Assembly: GCA_949283975.1 (NCBI GenBank)
Contig: CASDUK010000001.1
Span: forward strand, 26,764-90,763
Reading direction: 5' to 3'
Length of the DNA stretch: 64,000 bases
Source of the DNA: an uncultured Bacillota bacterium
GTDB taxonomy: Bacteria > Bacillota > Clostridia > Christensenellales > UBA1242
Part shown: positions 56,321 to 64,000 of the stretch, piece after piece
Layout of the letters: the number at the start of each line of letters is the position of its first letter
Position numbering within the stretch: position 1 is the first letter of the stretch
Notes under the pieces: generated by a model
What the model saw: the letters and a program-made list of their open reading frames with translations, nothing else
Database searches by the model: none
What the model was told of the DNA's origin: nothing
Program-made: the position numbers and the translations under genes

Positions 56321-56381
56321 AGCTTGTTTTCGCCAAAGGCGAACCTTCTTTCAAAATTAGAATACCACAAAAACAAAAAAT

Positions 56382-56407
56382 AAAAAAGCGATTTTTTCAA
56401 ATCGCTT
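56382..56407 (-). terminator. intrinsic terminator of the 56406..56780 gene
   Basis: aagcgattt-tttc-aaatcgctt hairpin flanked by an A6 run on plus (T-run on minus). Confidence 0.7.
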
Positions 56408-56780
56408 AATTTGGCTCATCAAAGAATATGAACATGTTTGCAAGAGTTTGGCAGCAAACAATAAATTCTAAAAACCTTCGCTTTGCGTTTTGGGCAGTTA
56501 TTTCACCCAAAAGTTCTCCTTTGCTAACTCTAAAACGATAGTGATTTATTATGTCATTAATACATTGAATTACATCTTTGCTAGAAAGATTGTAGGTTGT
56601 GTTCATATAGCGAAGAGTGTTTTTATTGTCTGAAATATAAAATTTGTCATCAACTTTTTTTAAAAAAACACGAACGGGAAAAGACTTTTTAAATTCCAAA
56701 TTTGTTTTAATTTCAACAAAATTGTTATCTATTTTAATTATTTCAAAGTTTTTAGATATGTTTTCAATCAATTTTTCCAT
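56406..56780 (-). CDS. small protein, unknown function (possibly DUF1828-like)
   Basis: 124 aa with SD aaagga upstream. The family assignment is from memory only. Confidence 0.45.
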   Translation of the reverse strand: MEKLIENISKNFEIIKIDNNFVEIKTNLEFKKSFPVRVFLKKVDDKFYISDNKNTLRYMNTTYNLSSKDVIQCINDIINHYRFRVSKGELLGEITAQNAKRRFLEFIVCCQTLANMFIFFDEPN

Positions 56781-56854
56781 TTTTTTGATTCCTTTATCAA
56801 TTTCTAGTTTAGAATATTTTTTTTAAAAAGTCAATAGCAATTTGCTTTTTGTTG

Positions 56855-56869
56855 TGTTATAATATACAT
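56855..56869 (+). promoter_or_regulatory. extended -10 (TGtTATAAT) placed 6 nt before the ung ATG; candidate leaderless promoter
   Basis: gtTGTTATAATatacatATG, with no SD. Confidence 0.5.
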
Positions 56870-57529
56870 ATGTTTCCAATAACAAAAAATTGGTTTGAGC
56901 TGCTTAAAGACGAATTTGAAACTTTGGAATTTAAAAACTTGCAAAAGTTTTTAAATGAAGAGTATGCAACATATAAAATTTATCCAAAAGCACAAAATGT
57001 TTTTAATGCTTTAAACCTTGTTAAGTTTAAAGATGTTAAAGTTGTTATAATTGGTCAAGATCCATATCATCAACCCGGCCAAGCCCACGGCCTTTGCTTT
57101 TCCGTTGAAGACGGGGTTAAACTTCCGCCTTCGCTTGTTAATATATATAAAGAAATTGAAGCAGAAACGGGAAAAAAATCGCAAACAAATGGTAATTTAA
57201 CAAAGTGGGCTAAGCAGGGCGTTTTGCTTTTAAACAGCGTTTTAACTGTTAGAGAAGGCCAGCCAAACGCCCATAAGAACAAAGGCTGGGAAAGAATTAC
57301 TGGAAAAATCATCGAACTTTTAAACAAAAGAGAAGACCCCGTTATATTTCTTCTTTGGGGGGCAAACGCACAGGAGATTGGAAAGGGAATTGATAAAAGC
57401 CGTCACTTTGTTCTTTCTTGCGCCCATCCAAGTCCGCTTTCGGCGTTTAACGGATTTTTTGGCTGTGGGCATTTTTCAAAAGTTAATTCAATTTTAAAAG
57501 ACCTTGGGAAAAGCGAAATTATTTGGTAA
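56870..57529 (+). CDS. ung: uracil-DNA glycosylase
   Basis: I start at MFPITKNWFELL. Contains GQDPYH and HPSPLSA motifs. Confidence 0.92.
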   Translation: MFPITKNWFELLKDEFETLEFKNLQKFLNEEYATYKIYPKAQNVFNALNLVKFKDVKVVIIGQDPYHQPGQAHGLCFSVEDGVKLPPSLVNIYKEIEAETGKKSQTNGNLTKWAKQGVLLLNSVLTVREGQPNAHKNKGWERITGKIIELLNKREDPVIFLLWGANAQEIGKGIDKSRHFVLSCAHPSPLSAFNGFFGCGHFSKVNSILKDLGKSEIIW

Positions 57530-57544
57530 AAAGGAGGTTAAAAA

Positions 57545-58159
57545 ATGGGTTGGATTGTTGCACTTAGCGTTATTGGTGTTTTAATTGCAATGTTTATCTT
57601 TGGGCGCGCGCTTGTTATTTGGCGAAGAAAAAGGGCGGGAAAGGAAGTTAAACGCCCAAGAAAAATTAGGCTTAAAAGGAAAAAAGAAGAAAAACAATTG
57701 AGAAATCAAAATGGAAAGCTGGACACAAAAGGAAGCTATTGCGATGTTGTTGATAAATATCTTTTCAGAAAAGAACTTAAACTTTTTGTTTTAATAAGCA
57801 AAATTCTTCCAAAGAGTTACATTGTTTTTCCAAAAGTTGGAGTTGACACAATTTTAGAGCCGGTTGGAAGCCATACTCTGTATAATTCTATTAGAGACAG
57901 ATATGTTGATCTTGCAATTTTCGAGCTAGAAACAATGAGGCCAAGGATGGTTATAGACATTTTTGATGGAAGCATTGGCGATGAACAGCTTGAAACAGAA
58001 ACGCCAGAAGTTATTGAAGCGCTTAAAAGCGCAGAATTGCCGCTTATTTCAATTAAGGTTCAAACCGCTTATGACCCAGAAGAGCTGAAAGAGCAAATTA
58101 TGGCCGCTTTAGAACCAAAGCAAGACGAAGATGTTGAAGCGGAGAATATTAATTCATAA
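57545..58159 (+). CDS. membrane-anchored protein with a DUF2726-like (restriction-endonuclease-like fold) domain
   Basis: 204 aa with an N-terminal TM segment, a basic linker, then a YIVFPKVGVD...YVDLAIFE pattern. SD aaaggagg upstream. Confidence 0.5.
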   Translation: MGWIVALSVIGVLIAMFIFGRALVIWRRKRAGKEVKRPRKIRLKRKKEEKQLRNQNGKLDTKGSYCDVVDKYLFRKELKLFVLISKILPKSYIVFPKVGVDTILEPVGSHTLYNSIRDRYVDLAIFELETMRPRMVIDIFDGSIGDEQLETETPEVIEALKSAELPLISIKVQTAYDPEELKEQIMAALEPKQDEDVEAENINS

Positions 58160-58183
58160 AAATGAATAATTATGCAACTTTAT

Positions 58184-58214
58184 AAGAAGGGCTTTAACAA
58201 GCGCCTTCTTTTTT
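58184..58214 (+). terminator. intrinsic terminator
   Basis: aagaagg(g)c...gcgccttctt hairpin followed by a T-run. Confidence 0.6.
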
Positions 58215-58218
58215 ATCA

Positions 58219-58230
58219 TATACTGAATTT
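58219..58230 (+). promoter_or_regulatory. TATACT placed 6 nt before the alr GTG start
   Basis: tcaTATACTgaatttGTG directly after a terminator, with no SD. Confidence 0.4.
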
Positions 58231-59286
58231 GTGGATAGGTGTGGGAAAATTGTTGTTTCAAAGGGCGCGCTTTTAAACAATGTTTGGGAAGTTAGAAGGG
58301 TTTTGGGCAATAAAAAAATTTGCATAATGGTAAAGGCAAACGCTTATGGGCATGGAATTGAAAGAATATATAATTTAATACATAACTATGTTGATTTCTT
58401 CGGCGTTTCAAATGTAAATGAGGCAGAGCAGCTTTATAATCTCAATAAGAACCTAAAAATTTTAATAGTTGGAAAAACAAAAAATTTTAAATCTTGCGCA
58501 GAACATGGGTTTAGCTTTGTTGTTGAAGGGCGAAAGCATTTTGAAAATCTTTTGAAATTTTTAGAAGCAAATTCAAATCTTTCAAGTTGCATAAAAATTC
58601 ATCTAAAAGTTAATTGTGGAATGAACAGGCTTGGAATTTCGAGCCCAAAGGAATTTAAAAAAATCTATCTTAAAGCGCTAGAACTTGGAATTTTTGTTGA
58701 GGGCGTTGCCGCTCATTTTTCAACGGCAGATTCAGATTCTAAAACTTTTGATCAACAAAATAAAAGGCTTAATGAATTTATTTCGCAAATTCCAAAGCGG
58801 CAAAATCCAATTATAAGCGTTGGCGGCTCTGGAATTGTTTTTCAAAAACTTTTGGGAAAGCAAATTAATTTTAACATGGCTAGGCTTGGGCTTGTTCTCT
58901 ATGGCTATGGGTCAGAGCAATTGAATTTAAAACCTGCGTTAAGTGTTGTTTCACACCTGATTAAAGTTTACCGCGTTTCAAAGGGCGAATATGTTGGCTA
59001 TGGAAAGGGTTTTTTGGCGGAAAGGGACATGAAAATTGGAATTGTTCCGCTTGGCTATGGCGATGGAATTAGCAGGGGACTTTCAAACAAATTTTATGTT
59101 TGGATTGGAAAGAAAAGAGTAAAAAGCGTTGGCTATATTTGCATGGACATGTTTTTTGTTGATTTAACTGGAATCGATGCAAGGGAGGGCGACGAGGTTG
59201 TTGTTTTTAAAGACGCAAAAAAATGGGCTCAAATTTTGAGCACCATTGAATATGAAATTTTAACCAATTTAGCGTTAATTAGATAA
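58231..59286 (+). CDS. alr: alanine racemase
   Basis: 351 aa with VKANAYGHG (PLP lysine motif). Confidence 0.9.
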   Translation: MDRCGKIVVSKGALLNNVWEVRRVLGNKKICIMVKANAYGHGIERIYNLIHNYVDFFGVSNVNEAEQLYNLNKNLKILIVGKTKNFKSCAEHGFSFVVEGRKHFENLLKFLEANSNLSSCIKIHLKVNCGMNRLGISSPKEFKKIYLKALELGIFVEGVAAHFSTADSDSKTFDQQNKRLNEFISQIPKRQNPIISVGGSGIVFQKLLGKQINFNMARLGLVLYGYGSEQLNLKPALSVVSHLIKVYRVSKGEYVGYGKGFLAERDMKIGIVPLGYGDGISRGLSNKFYVWIGKKRVKSVGYICMDMFFVDLTGIDAREGDEVVVFKDAKKWAQILSTIEYEILTNLALIR

Positions 59287-60294
59287 CTAATTTGAACCAA
59301 CAAGTTTTAACATGTCAACGAGTTTGCACGTGTAGCCATATTCATTGTCATACCATGCAACAAGTTTAACAAATGTTGGGTTTAGCATAATTCCCGCTTT
59401 TATGTCAACAATGCAAGTTCTTGGGTCGCCAATAAAATCGCTTGAAACAAGCGGAAGATCGGTTGTTCCAACAATTCCTTTCATGCTTCCGTTTTCTGCT
59501 TTTTTAATTGCTTCTATAATTTCTTCATAGGTTGTTTCCTTTTCGAGTTTAACCGTTAAGTCAACAACCGAAACATCAAGCGTTGGAACGCGGAAGCTCA
59601 TTCCGGTTAGTTTTCCTTTTAATTCTGGAATGACCTTTGAAACGGCCTTTGCTGCGCCGGTTGAAGATGGAATTATGTTGTAGGAAGCCGCCCTTCCTCC
59701 GCGCCAATCCTTTTTAGAAACGCCGTCTGCTGCAAGTTGAGAGGGCGTTAGCGAATGGACGGTTGTCATAAGCCCTTCTTTAATTCCAAAGTTTTCGTGA
59801 ATAATTTTTGCAAGTGGAGCAAGGCAGTTTGTTGTGCAACTTGAATTTGAAACAACTTTCATAGACGGCTCATATAAATTCTCATTAACTCCCATAACAA
59901 ACATTGGACATTCTTTTCCGGCAGCGGTTATAACAACTTTTCTTGCCCCGCTTCCAATGTGTTTTTCAGCTTCGCTTGCAAGCGTGTATTTTCCGCTTGC
60001 TTCGGCAATTACATCTGGTTTTGTTTTTGTCCAATTAATGTGAGCGGGTTCATATTCACTGTAGAAGTCAATTTTCTTTCCGTTTACAATAAGTTTGTCG
60101 CCATCGGCCTCTGCCTTTCCTTTGAATTTTCCATGGACGGTGTCATATGTAAGCATGTATGCAGCATATTCTGCCGTTATAAATGGGTCGTTAATTGCAA
60201 CAACTTCAACGTCATCTCGCTCGCTTGCAATTCTTAAAATCAACCTTCCAATTCGGCCAAAACCATTGATTCCAATTTTAACTTTCTTTTTCAT
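59287..60294 (-). CDS. gap: glyceraldehyde-3-phosphate dehydrogenase
   Basis: 335 aa with [10 protein letters not shown] and SCTTNCLAP motifs. SD aggagg upstream. Confidence 0.95.
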   Translation of the reverse strand: MKKKVKIGINGFGRIGRLILRIASERDDVEVVAINDPFITAEYAAYMLTYDTVHGKFKGKAEADGDKLIVNGKKIDFYSEYEPAHINWTKTKPDVIAEASGKYTLASEAEKHIGSGARKVVITAAGKECPMFVMGVNENLYEPSMKVVSNSSCTTNCLAPLAKIIHENFGIKEGLMTTVHSLTPSQLAADGVSKKDWRGGRAASYNIIPSSTGAAKAVSKVIPELKGKLTGMSFRVPTLDVSVVDLTVKLEKETTYEEIIEAIKKAENGSMKGIVGTTDLPLVSSDFIGDPRTCIVDIKAGIMLNPTFVKLVAWYDNEYGYTCKLVDMLKLVGSN

Positions 60295-60309
60295 TTTTCC
60301 TCCTAAGAT

Positions 60310-61419
60310 CTAAATTAAATTTTCTGGATTTAAGCATTTTAAGCTTTCCAAGACAAAATTGCCGTCTTTCCTAATTAAAACGTCGTCAAAATATATTTCT
60401 CCGCCGCCATGCTGTGGGAGCATTGATAGAACCATGTCCCAATGAATTGCAGAAATGTTTCCGTTTGGCGCTTCATATTCATAGCAGCTGCCCGGCGTGA
60501 AATGGATTGACCCCGCCATTTTTTCATCGAACAATATATCCTGAAACCCGCGTTTTATATATGGGTTGACGCCAATTGCAAATTCCCCGAAATATCTTGA
60601 ATTTTCGTCTGTGTCCAAAATGTCATTTAATTTTTGCTGGTTTGTTCCCGTTGCCTTAACAATCTTTCCGTTTTCAACTGTTAACGATATGTTTGAAAAT
60701 GAAATTCCGTTGTAGGTTGTGTCTAAATTATATGTGATTACACCGTTAACGCTTTCTCTAACTGGGGCAGTAAAAACCTCTCCATCTGGAATGTTCATCT
60801 TCCCCGCGCATTTAATTGCCGGAATCCCTTTAATTGAAAAACTTATGTCTGTGTTGGGCGCAACAAGCCTAACTTTGTCTGTTTTTTCCATAAGCTCAAC
60901 GAGACTGTCCATCGCCCTGTCCATCTTTGAATAATCCAAGTTACAAACATTGTAATAAAAGTCTTCATACTGTTCGGTGCTCATCTTTGCCGCCTGGGCA
61001 AGGCCAGGGCTTGGGGCAACCAAAATTGCCCATTTAGTGTTGTTTACGCGCTGTTTTCTAACTTCTTCTGTTAACTTCATGTGGGTTGCTGTTTGGTTGG
61101 AGGGAACATCTGAATTTTCAAAGGTGTTGGCTGCGCCTTTAATTGAAATGTAGGCGTCCATTTTTTTCATAAATTCAAGGTCGAATTTCGCCTTTAAATT
61201 TAACATATCTTCGTTTTCACCAAGTAAAAGAGCCCTTGAAATTTCTGCTGAATATAAATTTACAAAGGGATTTGCTCCAACCCTGTAAGCCTCTTCAACA
61301 AGCGCTTTAATTATGTTTGGGTTGCAATCTGTTGCTTCAATCAACAAATTTTCGCCCTTTTTAAGCGAAATTGAATAATTTATTATGTTTTTTGCAAGTT
61401 TTTTTGTTCTCTCGTCCAT
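60310..61419 (-). CDS. M29-family aminopeptidase (AmpS/PepS type)
   Basis: 369 aa with N-terminus MDERTKKLAKNIINYSISLKKGENLLIE and overall M29 features. Confidence 0.75.
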   Translation of the reverse strand: MDERTKKLAKNIINYSISLKKGENLLIEATDCNPNIIKALVEEAYRVGANPFVNLYSAEISRALLLGENEDMLNLKAKFDLEFMKKMDAYISIKGAANTFENSDVPSNQTATHMKLTEEVRKQRVNNTKWAILVAPSPGLAQAAKMSTEQYEDFYYNVCNLDYSKMDRAMDSLVELMEKTDKVRLVAPNTDISFSIKGIPAIKCAGKMNIPDGEVFTAPVRESVNGVITYNLDTTYNGISFSNISLTVENGKIVKATGTNQQKLNDILDTDENSRYFGEFAIGVNPYIKRGFQDILFDEKMAGSIHFTPGSCYEYEAPNGNISAIHWDMVLSMLPQHGGGEIYFDDVLIRKDGNFVLESLKCLNPENLI

Positions 61420-61445
61420 TTTTACCCCGCTATATATTATTTGCT

Positions 61446-62288
61446 CTATTCGTCAAAATTATCAATTATTTGAACAACTTCCGCCTGGGTTGTAAAAGAA
61501 ATTTCACCAAAGTGATAGTTGAAAAGCGCCCGGGAAAGAGTGTAAACACAAAGCCCTAAAAACGCAACCATTCCAACCACATAGGAGAACCAACCAAGGA
61601 AAGCCAAATTTATATCTAATGTTACGAATAAAATTAACCCAACAAGCATTGCAAGGAAAAACCCTGCCCAAATGCACGGGAAAAGGAAACATCTTTTAGA
61701 TTTTTTTTGCACAATTTTTTCTTGAAGAGGAATTGTTATAATTTTTGGCTCAACGCCAGCCCAACCATTAACTTTTGAAAGCAGGGCGCTTTTCCCCGTC
61801 ATCTCCGAAAGAGTTGAAACCAAAATTGAATCCAACAAAATTATGTCTGCTTCGCCAGGGTAGAGCTTTAGGCCAAAGAAAACCTTTGTGAAGAAACTTT
61901 TTATTGTTTCCCAACTTTTTGTAAGCCAATTTTCGCTTTTGTTTTGGCGAGAGACAACAACTTTTGCCCCGCGGCTGTTTTTTTCAATCATTCTATCTAC
62001 ATCTGAAAAGTTTATGTTTTTTGCGCTTTCTTTAAAGAGAACAACCGTTCCCAAGTTTTCGCTGTGAACCAAAGTTTCAAACATTTGTTCTGGCGTTGAG
62101 CTTTCTTTAAAGACGATTGTTTTAAAATTTGTGTGTCTAAATTCGTTTGATAAATTTTCTTTTTCAACATTTTTGTTTGTTAAAAAGACAACTTGATATG
62201 CCGGAGAGGGCAAACCAACTTTGGAAGTTAACTCTTCCAAAATTTTTCTTCTATTTCTTTCTCCAAGGAAAACAAAACTATAAACCAA
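61446..62288 (-). CDS. membrane protein, unknown function
   Basis: 280 aa with a soluble N-terminal part and two C-terminal TM segments. TTG start with SD aggagg upstream. Confidence 0.5.
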   Translation of the reverse strand: MVYSFVFLGERNRRKILEELTSKVGLPSPAYQVVFLTNKNVEKENLSNEFRHTNFKTIVFKESSTPEQMFETLVHSENLGTVVLFKESAKNINFSDVDRMIEKNSRGAKVVVSRQNKSENWLTKSWETIKSFFTKVFFGLKLYPGEADIILLDSILVSTLSEMTGKSALLSKVNGWAGVEPKIITIPLQEKIVQKKSKRCFLFPCIWAGFFLAMLVGLILFVTLDINLAFLGWFSYVVGMVAFLGLCVYTLSRALFNYHFGEISFTTQAEVVQIIDNFDE

Positions 62289-62300
62289 TTTGGCCTCCTT

Positions 62301-62723
62301 TTAGCCCAATTTTTTCAGGCGCTTAGCGTGCCTTCCGGCTTCAAATTGAGTTGTTAAAAATTCTTTAACAATTCTAATTGCTTTTCTTTTTCTTGTGTAT
62401 CTTCCCGCAAGGATTAAAACATTTGCGTTGTTGTGGCGTCTTGCAAGCGAAGCAATTGTTGTGTTCCAACAAAGGGCAGCGCGAATTTTTGAGTTTCTGT
62501 TTGCAACAATGCTCATTCCAACACCAGTTCCGCAAATGTAAATTCCAATGTTGTTCTCGCTTTCCAAAACCTTTGCGTTTCCAAGTTTTGCGAAATCTGG
62601 GTAGTCAACAGAATCGGTGCTGTATGTTCCAACATCAATTGTTGTTATGTTTTCGCGATTGAAGAATTTTTTAATTTCTTCTTTCAATGGATAGCCAGCA
62701 TGGTCACAGGCGAGAATAATCAT
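62301..62723 (-). CDS. rpiB: ribose-5-phosphate isomerase B
   Basis: 140 aa, MIILACDHAGYPLKEEI...ICGTGVGMSI. Confidence 0.9.
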   Translation of the reverse strand: MIILACDHAGYPLKEEIKKFFNRENITTIDVGTYSTDSVDYPDFAKLGNAKVLESENNIGIYICGTGVGMSIVANRNSKIRAALCWNTTIASLARRHNNANVLILAGRYTRKRKAIRIVKEFLTTQFEAGRHAKRLKKLG

Positions 62724-62860
62724 TTTAAACTCCTTACTATAAAGTTAGTTTAACACAATAATTCAAATTTTAAAAATTTTTTATGTTGTTTAATAAAAGA
62801 ATATTCTTAAAAATTTTAGTTGGCATATCTTATTTATAGACATAGTTAATTGGAAGGAAC

Positions 62861-64000
62861 ATGAAAATTTCCAAAAGAGAAAAATTTTATTATGGCGTTG
62901 GAAACCTTGGATATTCAACGGTTTCCTCAACTTTGTCAAACTTTATTATGTTTTTTGGAACAAGCGTTCTTGGCGTTAGCGGAACACTTGTTGGAATTGC
63001 TGTTTCAATTAGCGTTTTGTGGGACGCAATTTCAGACCCAATTATTGGTTATTATTCAGACAATTTAAACTCTTCAATTGGAAAACGCCACCCGTTCATG
63101 CTTGTTGGCGTTTTGGGAATGTGTGCAATAAACTTAATTGTTTGGCTTGTTCCTTCAAGCGCGCCGCAGAGCATTAAATTTGTTTGGATTTTGGTTTCGC
63201 TTCTTGCCGTTCAAACCTTTTGCACATGTTTTTCAACGCCACACCTTGCCCTTGGGCTTGAAATGAGCCAAGACCCCCACGAGCAAACCTCAATTCAATG
63301 TGTTAGAACAGTTTTTCAACTTATTGGAATGATGCTTCCAACAATTTTTATGTTCATTTTTATGCCAAATTCAGATGGTCAGGGGCAACTTCTAACAGAA
63401 GGTTATGTTAACACCGCCTATGCTTCTTCTGTTATCTGCTTGGTTTTTGGGCTTTTAACATTTTTTGGAACGCTAAAAAGACAGGTTTGTTGCCCAGCGC
63501 CCAAAACTTCTAAAAAGAAAGAAAACCTTCTTTCTGTCTTTAACGATTTCTTTAAAATTTTAAAGAAGAAACAATATCGAATTGTAATCTTTGGCTATGC
63601 AGTAAGTTTGATTGCTTCCTCAATTTTAACGGCTGCTGGAATGCACATGTTTACATATTGTTTCCATTTTGACTCCCGCCAAATTTCAGTTTGCATGGGC
63701 GCGCTGATTATATCTGCCGTTTTGGCTCAGTTTTTTTGGGAGAGAATTTCAAAAAAAATTGGAAAGAAAAAAACTCTTATTTTTGGACTTTCTGTTGGGA
63801 TTGTTGCAATATTTATAGTTTGGGCAATTTTTGTTCTGAGAGGTTTGATTCCAACAATCGTTCTTTTCTATCTAATTTTACCGCTAATTTTTGTAATTGG
63901 CTTTGGAACAGGTGTTTTATATTCCTTTCCAATGTCAATGTTTAGCGATGTTATGGCAAAGGACGAGGAGGCGGACGCAAAGGAGAAAGTTGGAGTTTAC
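62861..64000 (+). CDS. MFS transporter, glycoside-pentoside-hexuronide (GPH)-like, partial (runs off window end)
   Basis: Absent from ORF track. My translation from ATG 62861 (SD ggaagga) gives MKISKREKFYYGVGNLGYSTVSSTLSNFIMFFGTSVLGVS...WDAISDPIIGYYSDN. The frame stays open to 64000. Confidence 0.7.
   Translation, partial: MKISKREKFYYGVGNLGYSTVSSTLSNFIMFFGTSVLGVSGTLVGIAVSISVLWDAISDPIIGYYSDNLNSSIGKRHPFMLVGVLGMCAINLIVWLVPSSAPQSIKFVWILVSLLAVQTFCTCFSTPHLALGLEMSQDPHEQTSIQCVRTVFQLIGMMLPTIFMFIFMPNSDGQGQLLTEGYVNTAYASSVICLVFGLLTFFGTLKRQVCCPAPKTSKKKENLLSVFNDFFKILKKKQYRIVIFGYAVSLIASSILTAAGMHMFTYCFHFDSRQISVCMGALIISAVLAQFFWERISKKIGKKKTLIFGLSVGIVAIFIVWAIFVLRGLIPTIVLFYLILPLIFVIGFGTGVLYSFPMSMFSDVMAKDEEADAKEKVGVY

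Noticed and set aside
62789-62800. 12-bp palindrome AAGAATATTCTT upstream of the MFS/GPH transporter as a regulator operator
   Set aside because: There is no regulator gene adjacent in the window, and short AT-rich palindromes are expected by chance in this composition.
1-64000. Defence island, prophage or mobile element anywhere in the window
   Set aside because: I saw no integrase, transposase, recombinase, phage structural gene or restriction-modification gene. There are no flanking direct repeats at the tRNA, and the AT-rich composition looks uniform apart from the short acidic-repeat segment. The DUF2726-like and P-loop small proteins are isolated single genes among housekeeping genes.

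Overview
AT-rich chromosomal window from a spore-forming Firmicute (Clostridia-like: spoIIGA-sigE, a HemZ-type radical SAM gene and a GGGtGRT protein are present). It is almost entirely core housekeeping. Genes seen: comEC-holA, rplM-rpsI, truA, recO, the dcw genes murE-mraY-murD-ftsW with murG on the opposite strand, the str operon rpsL-rpsG-fusA-tuf, ackA, rpmF, engB, dapB, a heterodimeric ABC exporter, dnaX-ybaB-recR-argS, plsX, smc, rmuC, recJ, ung, alr, gap, rpiB and one tRNA-Arg(CCU). I saw no transposase, integrase, CRISPR array, or recognisable defence or toxin genes, so I cannot point to a clear multi-gene novel system. The most unusual signals are as follows. (1) Four tandem ~131-bp copies of a long-hairpin element with compensatory base changes, plus an orphan 98-aa ORF, sit between rpsG and fusA. 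(2) dnaX is split at an A9 run (A_AAA_AAA), and the C-terminal domain lies open in the -1 frame. (3) At ten genes a -10 hexamer sits exactly 6 nt before the start codon with no Shine-Dalgarno, which suggests leaderless mRNAs. (4) rpsL has a ~210-nt leader containing an intrinsic terminator. (5) There is a conserved but uncharacterised GGGtGRT/NifU-like gene pair. Both window ends cut genes that the ORF track omits (holA at the left end, an MFS/GPH transporter at the right end). All calls come from reading the sequence and translations by eye. No database search was run.
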